NCBI RefSeq assembly: GCF_000002075.1
Contig: NW_004797510.1
Span: 182,164-245,982, forward strand
Length of the DNA stretch: 63,819 bases
Origin: Aplysia californica
Taxonomy: Eukaryota
Direction: 5' to 3'
Positions within the stretch are counted from its first letter, which is position 1; each line of letters begins with the position of its first letter. The position numbers and the translations under genes were made by a program. This document shows, in pieces, positions 39,711-53,173 of this stretch. The notes under the pieces are model-generated. The model worked only from the letters and a program-made list of their open reading frames with translations. It was not told where the DNA came from and ran no database searches.

Positions 39711-40222
39711 TCATGTCCCTTTCAAGATCACACAGAACAGTCATTTGAATTTGTGTTTTTTATGTGTTAGAAACTCGGGTTGCAAATTTAACTTAGCAAA
39801 CCTTTATTTAAATATTTGTGGAATCTGTTATTTTTGCCCCCAAAAGCTATACGGTGTCAAATGGTGGGAAAGGTAAACAATATCCATTGTGCAATCAGGG
39901 ATAAATCTAAATACAGCCTCGGAATAAATCTCGTTCTACAAGCTTCTACATCATATGACTTCCATTCACATTTATGGATAAAATTCAAGAAGGTTTTCTA
40001 GGCAGTGGTTACAGTCTTGCCCTAATGTTTTAAAGACGATATCCGTCGACCAAGTGTGAAAGGTTTTTGTTCTGTTCATGAGTTGTGTTAAACGGAGACC
40101 CATGACATACTTGAAGTATGGCCCTAGACTTTGAAAATGTATTATAACATCTTTGACAGTTGTAATAACATACTTTGAAATATGAAAGAGGCTTGATCAA
40201 CAAAAGTGATTTTAAAAAACCC

Positions 40223-40277
<55 letters not shown>

Positions 40278-40389
40278 AAGATTAATAGATAGATAGGCAT
40301 ATCGGTAGATAGACAGATCGGTAGATAGACAGATAAATGAGGCAGAAACCACTTTATTGTCAACATGGGTAAGTAAAAAGAGTGGTTAA

Positions 40390-42049
40390 TGTAGGGGAAA
40401 TGCCTAACGGAAGAACAAGAAGTACAGAACCGGTGGAAAGAATATTGCTCTGAACTGTACACCCACCAAACCACAGGAGATCAAATAGTACTCAATGTCT
40501 CTCAAACACAAGAAAATGACAAAGCAGCTTCCTAAGAGAAAATATAGTGGCAGCAGTCTCATCACTGAAGAAAGGGAAATCAACTGGAATAGACAACATC
40601 ACAGCAGAAATGTTTCAGGCAGTGGAGACTCGGGGATAGACACGCAGTGGATAATCGGCAATAAAATCTGACAGACAGGCGAATGGCCAACACCGTGGAC
40701 TCAATCCTTGTTCCTCACCCTTCCCAAGAAAGTCAATCTTCAACAATGCAAAAACTGTCGTATTATTAGCATGGTTAGCCATCCTAGTAAAGTAATGCCT
40801 AAAGCCATTCTCAACAGACTGATAGCACAAAAAGAGAAAACCATAGCAGAAGAACAGGCAGGCTTCAGGACAGGGCGCAGAACAAATGAACAAATATTCA
40901 ACCTGAGAATCATAATGGAAAAGTACCTCCAACACCAACAGGAGCTTCACCACGTATTTGTAGACTTCAAAAAAGCGTTTGACAGAGTATGGTAGATTGC
41001 TTTGTGGGCAACCATGAACTTATACAACATCAACGCCAACCTGATCAAAGTCCTAGAAAAAGCTATACAACAAAGCTACGAAAGCAGTCTCTTTCAACAT
41101 CAGCATTGGGAAATGGCTCCGAACAACAGTGGGAGTACGCCAGGGTTCTCTACTCTCACCCACTCTTTTCAACATTTTCTTGGAGAGGATCATGACAGGT
41201 GCACATGAAGATCAAGAAGGAACAGTCAGTATTAAGGGCAGAACAATTAATAACTTACGTTTTGCAGACGACTTAGACTGCCTTGCAGGACAAGAGCAAG
41301 AACTAGTCAGCTTAGTTAACCGTCATGAAAAGACCTCCACAGTCTACATAATGGAATCCAACTGACGTCTAACAGCAGTAGGAATGTCACAGTGGACATC
41401 CAGGTCAACAAACAGACACTTGAAACTGTACGTAGCTTAAAAAACCTGGGTGCAAAAAGTGACAGACGAAGGATCAAAACCAGAAATAATTTCCAGAAAA
41501 GAGCAAACTTCAGCAGCAATGACCAAGTTGAAAACCGTCTGGAACAACTGAAATGTCACCATGAGATCAAAGATCAGACCTATGTGTTCCCTGGTCATGT
41601 CTTTTTTCTGTATGCATTTAAATCCTGGACCTTGAATGCAGATCTTGAAAGACGGATCAAAGCTGTGAAGATGAGATGCTTCCGAAAAATCCTTGATATC
41701 TCATAGAAAGATCACATCACTAATGATGAAATCAAACAACGGATCAAAAATGAAATTGGACCAAATGCTGCTTTCTCACTCTCGTCAGGAAACGCAAACT
41801 GCAATCGTATGGACACATCACCCGTTCATCCGGTCTTGCCAAGATGATCCTGCAAAGCAGCGTCCAGTGAAAAAGGAGCAGAGTCAGACCGAAGAAGAGT
41901 TGGGAGAACAACATCAAGGAATGGACAGGCCTGGAACTCAAAGACCCTCCTAGAAAAGCTGAAAACCAGAAGGAGTAGAAGAAGCTGATCGCCAAATCTT
42001 CAAAAGCGCCCCGACGGACATCCTGTCTACGGGTTAGGTGAAGGTGAAG
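40390..42049 (+). mobile_element. RTE-clade LINE, 5' truncated
   Basis: RWKEYCSELY, LPKK.NLQQCKN.R.IS, EEQAGFR.GR.T.EQIF, FVDFKKAFDRVW, GVRQG..LSPTLFNIFLE, NNLRFADD; flanked by (GATA)n and (GACA)n. Confidence 0.93.
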
Positions 42050-42069
42050 ACATATGGACAGACAGACAA

Positions 42070-42108
<39 letters not shown>

Positions 42109-42252
42109 TAGGGAAGGATGAGATTATGTGTATCTTGATAATAATTGCCTTTGTATCTTTTGTCCAATGCGGCGTCATTGAAATTATTTTAAAACTGAAA
42201 GAACAGTTATTTATTGACTGATTCTTTGCTGTGTTTCCATTTTTCTTATCAG

Positions 42253-42361
42253 TTGCATTAGACAATGCGTGTACGCGTAATGGCTACCTCGAGGCTCTTC
42301 TGAACGCCACATCGTCGGATTTGGACGTGTTCGAGCATTGGACTTGCAGGCCCGGCAGCTG
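42253..42361 (+). CDS. Exon 5 (IALDNACTRNGYLEALLNATSSDLDVFEHWTCRPGSW), first half of a lustrin-type repeat
   Basis: Acceptor ttttcttatcAG, donor TG|GTAAGA, phase 1/2, which exactly bridges exons 4 and 6; N-glycosylation sequon NAT. Confidence 0.82.
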
Positions 42362-42451
42362 GTAAGAAGTGGGGCCCACGCGGGCAAGCCCTTTTCTGGT
42401 TTTGTACTATTTTCACACTAATTAGTATTACCACGCTGTGCTGACTACGCC

Positions 42452-43320
42452 TGTAGAGTTGGTTCTATCGGGCAGCGTTACGCCGAGTCGATGTTTCACA
42501 CCGATACCACTCGATACCATTGCAGAGAATGGACAAAACGTCCAGTTGTGAACTTAGTACAGACTAATTAACAATCTTCTTATATAATCATGTGTGATTT
42601 AACAATAATACAACATTATCTTAACTGGGCTAATTTGCACACAGGTGTCGGGTGACTAAGTCGCTACGTTACCCCCATCCAAGTATGGTACACATATGCA
42701 CGTACCGAATTGCCAGGAATTTAATTAATATGACAATCGTTCTGGTGGTCGTAATATGCGACCGGAGTGGGTCGAAATGTTCGAAATTATCACTGGTAGA
42801 AATGAAGGTACAGTCTTTGATTTTGAAAAGACTGGTGATGGCACCTCTGCAGAGCAATCCAGTCTCTAGTCTACTGAGGGAGTCACGGTCGATCGAGACT
42901 TTCTCTGTCCGGCCGTTGATGTCTAGTGTGAAGAACGTATCACTGATCAATAATGCGATAAGGGCCTTCGTACGGTCGTTGAAGAGTGGACCTGTGGCAG
43001 TCAGTATGGACGTAGACATAACCAGTTAAAAACAAGAATGCAGGTAAGTAAGCAGATCGCTGCCCATGAAACTTTGTTGCAGGAGGATGCACTGAGCGCA
43101 TGGTGCGTTAAAGAAGTTAAAGAAAATGCAGTCTGGTTCAACGGTCCGTGCGTCAAGGGGCTGAAGAAATACCCTTGGAAGGCGAAGTGTTGAGCAACAC
43201 ACATGGTCAACTGGAGAACAACAGAAGCAAATTCCCAACAAAAGGACAATGGGCAGTTCTGCCGCCCAATCAGGACCAGCAGTGCGTGCTTTGGAGTGCT
43301 GCCATGTGTTGACGGGACGT
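42452..43320 (-). mobile_element. Gypsy-like LTR retrotransposon 3' fragment (integrase C-terminus, PPT, probable LTR 42452-42668)
   Basis: W..ELPIVLLGI, TLRLP..F, FTLDINGRTEKVSIDR; purine tract GGATGGGGG before a segment bounded by TGTAG...CTAC. Confidence 0.7.
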
Positions 43321-43389
43321 AAAGTTACACCATGCACACCCCCCCAAAAAAAAATTATTATCAAACACTGTTCCTCTCTTTCTTTGCAG

Positions 43390-43483
43390 GGAGTGCCCAC
43401 CTGGCGCAGAGTGTGTTGATGATGGAAACAATGGAGGAATTTGCTGTATGGGATTTTCAATCAAGCCTGGATTGTGTCCCATG
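43390..43483 (+). CDS. Exon 6 (ECPPGAECVDDGNNGGICCMGFSIKPGLCPM), second half of the lustrin-type repeat
   Basis: Acceptor ctctctttctttgcAG, donor ATG|GTGAGT, phase 2/0; CP.G..C.......G.CC pattern of lustrin cysteine-rich repeats. Confidence 0.85.
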
Positions 43484-43712
43484 GTGAGTTATCATGCTTG
43501 TGCCCCACGTTTGTCATCCCATACTTGTAGGTTTACAGAGAAACTCTGAAAACAACGGAGCCCTGAGTTGCTGAAATATACAAACCTTTGCATGATTTAA
43601 ATATCCTTACTTACACAATCACCCCATGCTTACTCCAACGCCAGTATTCAAAATCTTCTGTCTTTTCTCTACCTCTTGTGGTTTATTCTCATGTCTAATT
43701 CATCCATTCTTC

Positions 43713-44812
43713 GTGATCCAAAAAATACTTTACAACTTTTTTTCTGAATATCTCGCGCAAAAATTGTTCTGGAATGCTGTAATTTGGAACAGACATAATT
43801 CATTCCAAAGGAAATTGTTTGATATAAAATTCACGAAGAAGAAACATCAACCACCTGCTAAACCAGGCTTTTAAAGCCACATACACTGTACATGTTCACT
43901 AAGAAGAGGCTTTTAAAGACAATAGAAAGGGGTGCCCAATAGACAGCATTTTTTGAGTTAACGTGTACCGCAGGGTGAAAATGGGCTTTGCACTAAACCA
44001 AATGTCATTGAGGAAATGATCCCTCTTTACAAGACAATCGAGGAATCATGAACACATTGCCATGCTCTGATCCATGTCATCTCGGCCTAGCGAAGATGAA
44101 CATGGTATAATCTTAGGGACCTGCCATGAGAATGCAGACTGTTGATGTGTAGGAAAGTCCTAGCTGCAGATCATCCACGTACAGACGTCTCATGGGACTC
44201 GGCTACTGAAATCTGCACTCTGGTGGCGTTTAAAGGGCTGTGCATGGTGCGTGTTCGACCTGAAGTGGTCATGTTTTAAAGAACTTTTTAGTTCTGATTC
44301 GCTATAGATTCAAACTAACGGATCTTCTCTACTCATGACGCTAAAGGTCTTGAGGGCACCTAAGCATTCTCTCCAAGCAGTGCGCAGAACTTACGGAATG
44401 TCAGGCATGGTGAGTTTGTGGAGAAGTAATGTTCTATACAAAAAGCTCTCTGCTCTTTACTAAACGTAACCATGATCTAAGCAGGTGAACAAATTTGGGA
44501 AAAATGGCATCTGCAGACTTGTGTTGACTTGTTAGACTGCTGTAGCTTGCAATAGGGCACGACTGTTGCAACTTTTAGTGGTAGGCCTAATGCGAACTGG
44601 CGCATCATGCTATGAAAATGGAGACAAGATTGAAAATGGGTTGTTTTGTTAATGCGCTATACAGAGCAAAACCTTCAATGGACTTATCTAAAATACATAT
44701 AGGACAAATTCCGTTTCCCTTCCAAATGTTACGTTCAAATCTTAAACGCAAAACATCAGTATGGAGGAAGATATTTAAAAAACAAGTAATAACGTTTTTT
44801 TAAATCACCCTG
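43713..44812 (-). mobile_element. Tc1/mariner-like element, copy 2 (inverted, internal deletion), intronic
   Basis: Reverse complement closely follows 13234-14180 and 14470-14610; ends ATCACCCTG|TA. Confidence 0.85.
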
Positions 44813-45829
44813 TAAGAACAGAAAATGAATGAGTAAGAGACTGTATCCTGATAAGAAAAGAAACTTTAAAACAAATCTCACAAGTGTCGTGATAAATCGG
44901 ACAAGTGAAATTGAGTACATATTTTAGGAGAAGGAAAAAACACTGATTTATTAAAAGGACAACCTGGATTAACCATTTTTATACTGTTAAAAAAATTTAC
45001 TTTTGATTGTTTTTTAAATACACATTTTAACCAGCATAATATGAAACATGCTTCGTAGATCACATTCGCGAAAAAGAAAGCAAAATCGAAAATTTTGTTG
45101 TTATCCGATTTTATCACGCTGGCGACACTATGTGGTTCCTGTTCTGCTGTTGTTATTGTTGTGGTAAAAGAAGTTGTTGTTGTCGTTGTTGTTGTTCGTG
45201 GTGGTGGTGGTGGTGATGCTGCTGCTGCTTCTGCTACCATTTTTTGTTCTGTTTTGCTTTTGTTTTGTTCTTTTGGTTGGGTTTCGCGCTGTTTTCATCC
45301 TATATAATATGTAGGTGTTCTCATACCCCCATCGACACAATGTAAACCATTTAAAAGGCGATCTTCCCATCGTGCAACTCAGGGATATGCCGAGCTATAT
45401 ATATTTTTTATATAATATATTATTATATTTTATANNNNNNNNNNNNNNNNNNNNNNNNNNNNNNNNNNNNNNNNNNNNNNNNNNNNNNNNNNNNNNNNNN
45501 NNNNNNNNNNNNNNNNNNNNNNNNNNNNNNNNNNNNNNNNNNNNNNNNNNNNNNNNNNNNNNNNNNGGGGGGTGCAGGGAGGGAGGGAATGAGAGAGAGA
45601 AGAAGAGTGAAAGCTGTAATCTGTTAAAGTCTAGTGAAGAAGCGTTGAGTGGTGGGCAAGCGGGGAACAAAAAAAGGCCCAGAGAAGAAGGGGCCCTTTT
45701 CCAGGAGGATCAGGCAATGTAGTAAATTTGGGGTTGGGTAGGTGGGTTGATCGGCTTATTCTTCAGGAAAATGCAAATACTTTCGTAATAGCGATGAAGC
45801 TGCGCGTTGCCCCTAGGGGGTTTTTTTTC

Positions 45830-45915
45830 TTAGCGTATTATGTCGTGTGTGTTGTTTTTTTCTTAGTGTATGTCGTGTGTGTTGTTTTTTTCTTAGTGTA
45901 TGTCGTGTGTGTTTG
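45830..45915. repeat. 30-bp minisatellite, about 3 copies
   Basis: TTTTTTCTTAGTGTATGTCGTGTGTGTTGT repeated. Confidence 0.8.
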
Positions 45916-47686
45916 TGTCTTTTTATGTTTGCCCTCTCTTTTATTTATTTAATCCTATCGTTACNNNNNNNNNNNNNNNNNNNNNNNNNNNNNNNNNNNN
46001 NNNNNNNNNNNNNNNNNNNNNNNNNNNNNNNNNNNNNNNNNNNNNNNNNNNNNNNNNNNNNNNNNNNNNNNNNNNNNNNNNNNNNNNNNNNNNNNNNTCC
46101 ACCTACCATAACTCTCAAGGAACAGTAATTAAGTGCTTCGACGTATCAGCTAATTTTTTTTTCTTGTTTCAATCCTACTTTTTCACTTTTAGTTCCATTA
46201 TTGTCAAGATGAAACGAACGAGAACAAAAATAAGTTTGGAAACAGCCTCTTTGAAATAAATCCATTCCATCTCTTGCCGTCCTATCTGCCAGTGTTGATT
46301 TGGGCCTAGGCCAGCTTTTTGTACTATGCCTATCTTCTATTAGGCTTTTCCCTTCTTATGTTGCTTTCCTCCTTTGCTTCTAGAATATTAAAGAGATGTG
46401 GTGGTAGTATGCACCTTTTTCCAACTCCATTAAAAAAAACCGAAAACCATTCTGATGTTCCACATTCCAGCTGCACAACCAATCAGCGTCCTTCTTAAAG
46501 GGATATGATCTGATAAAAATATTTTATTTCATTTCTTGAAGAGTTTGCCACATCATTAGAAGGTTTACATAACTGAATGCCTTTGAATAATCAAAAATGT
46601 GTGCAAGTGTCATTTACCTCTTGATACTTCTAAATGATCATGTATAGATCGAATAAGTGGTCCTTCTGTTCTCTGTACATCCTGGGTGTGTCTTGTTACC
46701 TCCTCTTCCAATTTGATTTCAATTCCATTCAAAATATTAAGTTGATTTCGAGCGACATTTTACTCGCGTGACTGAAGAGCGTTTTTTTTCTCCAAAGTTC
46801 GAGAGTAAGTGTAGAGCTTAATAATATAAATCTAGCAGAACGACGGCAAAACAATTCAAAAGCTAACCTATATTTTTGGAAAGCGCAATACAGAAATTTT
46901 CGCATCCAAACTAAAAGGTCAGCTCACCTTGTCTGAAATCGCGTAGTAATGATTATGTTGCTGATATCAAGAGCAAGTTAAGACAATAATTTCCCAGGCG
47001 CTCTTATCTTCGAGGCAGTCCTATAGTAAGACAGTCCTCCAAACAACATTAAGACTGAAGAGTATAATTTGGGGAAATTAGGAAAAGGAGAGGGTTGAAT
47101 GATACAGTACCCTTTGCAGATAAACGGGATCCTGGTAAAACTTGTATAAGTTGAATATGGGGGCTAGAATGATCAATATATAAGAAACATTGCTGAAACT
47201 CCAGAGAATAAAAGTAACTTACCCTCAGCTCAGAGCAACGCCCCCCCCCCCCCCAATCCACTAATTCAAAGAAAAAAAGTATTGCCTAAGCCCACTTGGC
47301 TGACTATCCAATCACAAATCACTGAAGATAACCACGGCCACGCCCAACTGTCTCTCTATAATCCAGAGCACAGTCCTGAAGGTTTCATCGTATTATAATG
47401 CGGTATTTATATGGTTTAATACCTTGAGGCAGGATAAATTTACCTTCATGTAGAGGCAAAAGCGACCGCTGCTGTGCTGTTTGATAAAATCTTCCTCAGC
47501 CAACTATATCATAATATGTTATAAAATCGTGACCAAAACCATTCAGATTGAATTTACCACCATTCGCATGATATTGCCGGGACAGATTTTTAATTTGCGT
47601 TTGGGATGCGATTGGCCCTAAATGACTTCCGGGTCAAATTTAAAGAGGTTAAGCGGAGGTATGTTGGGTTTTTTTTACATGCACAG

Positions 47687-47711
47687 TGTGCACTGCCGGG
47701 AGCTATTGTCG
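47687..47711 (+). CDS. Candidate 25-nt micro-exon 7 (CALPGAIVG)
   Basis: Acceptor ttttttttacatgcacAG, donor G|GTAAAT, phase 0/1 as needed to link exons 6 and 8; adds the one Cys that completes a 6-Cys module. The true exon could instead lie in nearby N-gaps. Confidence 0.4.
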
Positions 47712-48019
47712 GTAAATTACCTGATTCAATCTTACTATACAGATCTGGTTCATTTGACCAAAGGTTTGCCGTTCGTGGTGACAGAAGAAAACTATGACTC
47801 CTTCTAATGGTTGCTCATGACCACTTAGACCATTATTAAAATCATGTTATTGCCGTCCTCACTGTAAGGTTTGTCCGAACTGACAATGCAATAACAACAA
47901 AAACATTCATGAATACACATCTTTTATTTGTTTACAACGGTTTGGATAAATAGGTCCATGTTGCATTGAACCTCAGAGTCTTATTGACTTTCCCCTTCTT
48001 CGTCTCTCTCTTTTCTCTC

Positions 48020-48094
<75 letters not shown>

Positions 48095-48299
48095 TTCTGT
48101 CTTTATCTCTNNNNNNNNNNNNNNNNNNNNNNNNNNNNNNNNNNNNNNNNNNNNNNNNNNNNNNNNNNNNNNNNNNNNNNNNNNNNNNNNNNNNNNNNNN
48201 NNNNNNNNNNNNNNNNNNNNNNNNNNNNNNNNNNNNNNNNNNNNNNNNNNCATGAATACACACGTGCACTTACTTTTTCTACCTTCTTTTCCTTTATAG

Positions 48300-48474
48300 G
48301 TGAAACCTGTATCATGAAAACACCAGACTGCCAACCCGGAATGGCGTGTACCCAAGCCATTGTCCCAACATGTGTGCCAATCGAATGCCAAGCCTGCAGA
48401 CCTCACCAGGAGTGCCGTAAGGTCAAAAGAGAAGGCCCATGCAATGATGGACCAGAAATATGCGACAAACCAAA
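48300..48474 (+). CDS. Exon 8 (ETCIMKTPDCQPGMACTQAIVPTCVPIECQACRPHQECRKVKREGPCNDGPEICDKPK)
   Basis: Acceptor cttcttttcctttatAG, donor AA|GTTAGT, phase 1/2; Cys modules. Confidence 0.85.
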
Positions 48475-48829
48475 GTTAGTCAGTCCATATTATATTAAGC
48501 TACATAAGGTCATATGATCGGCCGGAATTCAAGTTTTTTTTTTTCTAAATCCGTGTAACGTATTGCATCTGGCTTAGATTCTAATTGTACAAACCAATGT
48601 CGTTCTCACACGTGATGCTGCATCCTGGAATGTCAGTGCATTTTTAAAATCACGCACTATGCATTCTGTTTTCTTGGCGTTCAGTAGTAGGCCATTCTCT
48701 TCAGGGTTTTTTTAGGAGGGGGGGGGGGGGGGAGGTTGTTTTATTTGTTTTTGTCACTCTTGAAATATTATCCCAAAATAAAAATTTTATAAGTTCGGTG
48801 TGTGATAGATCAAGATATGTCAATGAAAT

Positions 48830-49655
48830 AACATGTATCCTATATTTGTAAAAATCTAAATCTCCAACTGAAGAAAATAGGGAGCATTAGAAAATATCTA
48901 TCTGTTGATGTCAGCAAAAGTTTAATAACATCACTTATATTGTCAAGGCTTGATTACTGCAATTCCTTACTTACTGGCGTACCTGATGAACAGTTACAGC
49001 AACTATAAAGAGTACAAATTATTGCTGCCAAAATAATTACGAAGAAACTAAAACATGATCATGTGACTCCTATTTTAAAAGAGCTACACTGGCTCCCGGT
49101 GAAAGAGCGTATCCCACATAAAATCTGTTTTAACTAGCTACAAGTGCTTACATGATCTATAAACTGACTACCTAAACAGTTTTTAACACTCTATGTACCA
49201 CCTCGGTCTACCGCTCAGATCATCAAGGGACAAAACAACCCTAGTCAAACCTAAAATAAATTATTAATCATATGGCCAACCCTCTTTTTCATATTTCGCC
49301 CCTCTTGTTTGGAATAGGCTTCTAAAAACTATCGGAGAAGCAGAAAATCTAGAAATGTTAAGAAAAACTAAAAGCATTTCTATTTTCATCATAAATTATT
49401 TCGATTGGAATCCATCCAAGCTGTAGATCGTCGTGGGTCTGTATATGCGCCTGTACGTATCTGTGTATGTGTGTAAGTACGTGTGTATGTGTGTGTGGGT
49501 GCATGCGGGCGTGAGTATATCTGTGCACGAGTATGTAATACTATGTGCCTTTAAAATTGATTTGTAATTCCATAATATGTTTCATGTTAAGCGCATAGAG
49601 CATTGCATAATTGGATGTGCGCTATATAAAAGCAATCCATTATTATTACTATTAT
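48830..49655 (+). mobile_element. L2/Crack-like LINE 3' end
   Basis: LILSRLDYCNSLLTG, AAKIIT...HDHVTPILKELHWLPV..RI; 3' end GCGCTATATAAAAGC..(ATT)n. Confidence 0.85.
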
Positions 49656-50061
49656 GGTTAGAATCACTTGGAACTTATAGACTCAAGAGTCCGTTATCAA
49701 GACTGTATCATCAGCGTACAGCAGGCTGTTAATATTGTAGCCGCCTATCTTGGCTTCTTCTGTATCATTAATATAACTCCGTATCATTTTGCAGTATGAA
49801 TTAAAGAGGTATGTAGATAAGACACATCCTTGTCGTACTCACCTGCAGATTGACCTGTATTCAATAAGAGGTGGATAAGAGACGAGAGACCACGAAACTG
49901 GCATGGTATTGGGTAGTCTAGAGTTTAATAAACAAAACCACCCTCGTGTCAATCACTGGACGGCTCTTACATAATGCTATACTATGTTGGTCATGCAGGG
50001 TTGAGGTATCAACGCGGGCAATCTCTTATTATTCATCCTTCTGTATTATATCACATTTTAG

Positions 50062-50311
50062 GATTTTCTGCGCCATGAAGAGCCACGACGAGTGTAACGA
50101 AGACGTGCACTGTGGACAGGGCCAAAAGTGCTATAAAGGCCAAATATGTGCCGCTCTTGCACATGCACCGTTAGCGCCGCTGGAATTATCACAAAACGCT
50201 GAACAGTCGAGAAAAAAGCGCTCCGCGTATTACAACGATATGTCTGATCCCTTCTGTGCCTCAAGCAACCACTGTGGGCCTGACGACTGTGGGGGCTGCC
50301 CAAAGGGAAAG
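50062..50311 (+). CDS. Exon 9 (IFCAMKSHDECNEDVHCGQGQKC...QSRKKRSAYYNDMSDPFC...CGGCPKGK), contains furin site
   Basis: Acceptor cacattttAG, donor AAG|GTGAGA, phase 2/0; RKKR at 50210-50221. Confidence 0.87.
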
Positions 50312-51922
50312 GTGAGAAATAGCAGGATCTGTACCCCCCAATCACACCTCTTTAAAGTTCATAATGTGTCATGGCACGGTGGAATTAGGCCCACGTCAGT
50401 TTGTGGACATAAGGGGTAATTGGTGTTATCTTAGAGCCTGTTCACTTGTCTTGTTTCTATGAAAAAGAAATATCCATTTATCCCAAATAGAAATCAAGAT
50501 ATGTTCGATTGAAAGAGATGGTTGTCCCCTGGTTTCAGAGGTACAATTAGCGAGAAAATGGCCGGCAACGTCTGGTGACTTTCATAGCTTGAAAGTCCTT
50601 GGAAACTGAAAATCCACATTTTTGTGTGCCTTTAATCAATGTTACTCAGTAACATTTACACCGAAATTTAATTTGTTTTTAAATGAGCATAAAAGATGTT
50701 GAACCAAAGAAAAACGACCAAAAAAATCAATACCAATTGCCAAATCGGGAGAAAAAACGCCGGTTTCTTCTATTTCAATATATTAGACGAGCACCTGATT
50801 TCACCATGAAGCTTCACATTATGTTTATGAGTAATTTCGTTGCAGTATTTTTGAACTTTTACTGGCAAACAGTGGGTCTATTCTCGGCCTCTGGTTTTGA
50901 TTTTTATGCTGTTGAGTTATTTTGATATGTTTCTGTAAAACTTAACCTCGCAATAGATAGACTGCAGCTGTTGGAAGGTCCTTTGATTATCGCCAGAAAG
51001 CATGACGTTTTCATCGGTGCCTGTTTTTTTAATTGTAGTTCTGAACAGGTGGGAAAGGAGTAAATCCTATGTAGTGAGGTGGGGTGGATAATAGAGGGGT
51101 GGGTGGCGGTTAAGAGGCGGAACGAGAACTGTGCGGATTTTGACATGAGAGTGAGAGATGAACGTAGAGGCTGGTCACTCACAAGTTACTGATCTTGTAA
51201 AATTTTGGTTGTCAAGAAATGAGGCAATCACCACATCAAAGACTTTACGATTTTTAGTACTATTGCCGGTACGAAATTCATAATAAGATATCTTTGCTGT
51301 ATTATTTCTTGTCGTTGATAATGTTCTCATTGTTGTTCTTGTTTTTAATTTTTGTGTTATGTTGTATTTTCGCCTGTGTTTAATTCAGTAATTAATTAGT
51401 TATTGTTAAACGGTACTTTTCCGTTTCTTGCTTACAGTGATTCAGTCAGTTAATATAATACTTTGCCTTTATAGATCTTAACTATACAGACATCGGACCA
51501 AAAGTGTGTACTTCCTATCTATAGGTATTAATGCCTGTTGTGAACGTCGATGTATACAGACAGGTGTATAGTAATGAACTGTTATAGAATAAATGTTACT
51601 ACTTGTTCTTGAACTTGATATTTCCGTCTGTACTTCATGTCTCCTTACACTATCACTTTAAATCAATATAAATCATATTATTGTTTATTTAGAAAGCATC
51701 TCTAAGGATCTTTGGTTAATGCACCGAAATCAATGTGGTTCGACCTTTGCCTGCTAGTATCAATTCATCCGTTGTGGGACATGACATCCAGTCAAAATCA
51801 CAGTGATACTCTATAAAGCATTCCCGCTCCCTTCCTCCTTGTAGGACTCAAACTAATGTCTTTAGCGTGGAAACATTTTCTGAACATCACAAGCACCAAT
51901 TATCCTATGCGCCTTTTTGCAG

Positions 51923-52013
51923 ATTTGTAAACAAACAGACAAAGTTTGTGTGAAACATCCTTGCGACGATCACGTGTGTGTGGAAGATAATGAGTGCGGA
52001 GGATGTTTAAATG
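51923..52013 (+). CDS. Exon 10 (ICKQTDKVCVKHPCDDHVCVEDNECGGCLNG)
   Basis: Acceptor gcctttttgcAG, donor G|GTAAGA, phase 0/1. Confidence 0.87.
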
Positions 52014-53173
52014 GTAAGAACGTCTCAATCATTCTTAAAATATTTAATACCCTTCTTAACACAGGATGCTTATTTATGAGGAGGGGTGGGGTTTGTCTTA
52101 TTGTTTTCTTGAAAAGATAAGAAATATTAAGACTTTTAACATATTATGAAGAGCCAAAAAGAGTAAAATTCGGTAATTGGGCGTAATATTTGTTAGGACA
52201 GTTTTGTAACTTCAGATTAGGCTCCCGTGCTTTTTCCTTTAAGGCTTGGTCAATTTGTTCCAATAAAATATTTACCAAAATAGCTCATCATGCTTCAGTG
52301 CCTGTCAACATTATGACATCAAGTAGGGCAAAGGTCTACCTGACTCGTAAAGGTCCACTCGAGGTATCTCTTTTGAAAATAAGTTCAAATTACATATAAT
52401 TAGAGACAATATGGCTACTCAATTTTATTCCTACAGAGAATGAAGGCCTCAGCTGTGCGTAGTAAGTCAAGCTGGCTCCAAATGGAGGAATCGGGTAGAT
52501 ATTTTTGTAAAATAGTTTTAAAAAACTACAATGTACATCGGAGAGAACACTTATTCATTTGAATTGAATATGTGGACAACCCAGTATCTGCCCTGGAGCA
52601 GCAAGCGTTCACAGAAATCAAAAAAGAAAAAAGTATGAAAAATACNNNNNNNNNNNNNNNNNNNNNNNNNNNNNNNNNNNNNNNNNNNNNNNNNNNNNNN
52701 NNNNNNNNNNNNNNNNNNNNNNNNNNNNNNNNNNNNNNNNNNNNNNNNNNNNNNNNNNNNNNNNNNNNNNNNNNNNNNNNNNNNNNNNNNNNNNNNNNNN
52801 NNNNNNNNNNNNNNNNNNNNNNNNNNNNNNNNNNNNNNNNNNNNNNNNNNNNNNNNNNNNNNNNNNNNNNNNNNNNNNNNNNNNNNNNNNNNNNNNNNNN
52901 NNNNNNNNNNNNNNNNNNNNNNNNNNNNNNNNNNNNNNNNNNNNNNNNNNTATTGATTTTTCAAGCCTGTTATCAGAAATACGATGACGCTCTGGGTATT
53001 CGCTAGCAGATATTGTCAATAGATGTACAGTCAGCCACAGGTAGAAATATATTCAATATCGGCTTGTTCTCGTGAAAACTGAGACATCCTATACAAAAGT
53101 CGACTTTAGTCCTGACTAAACACTATGTTATTAATTGTGACATCTGCCCGTGACACTAAGTACTGATTAGAAG

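Noticed and set aside
47325-47430. CCAAT, GC-box and TATA-like cluster inside an intron
   Set aside because: The following ATG gives only a 9-codon ORF, so there is no support for an internal promoter.
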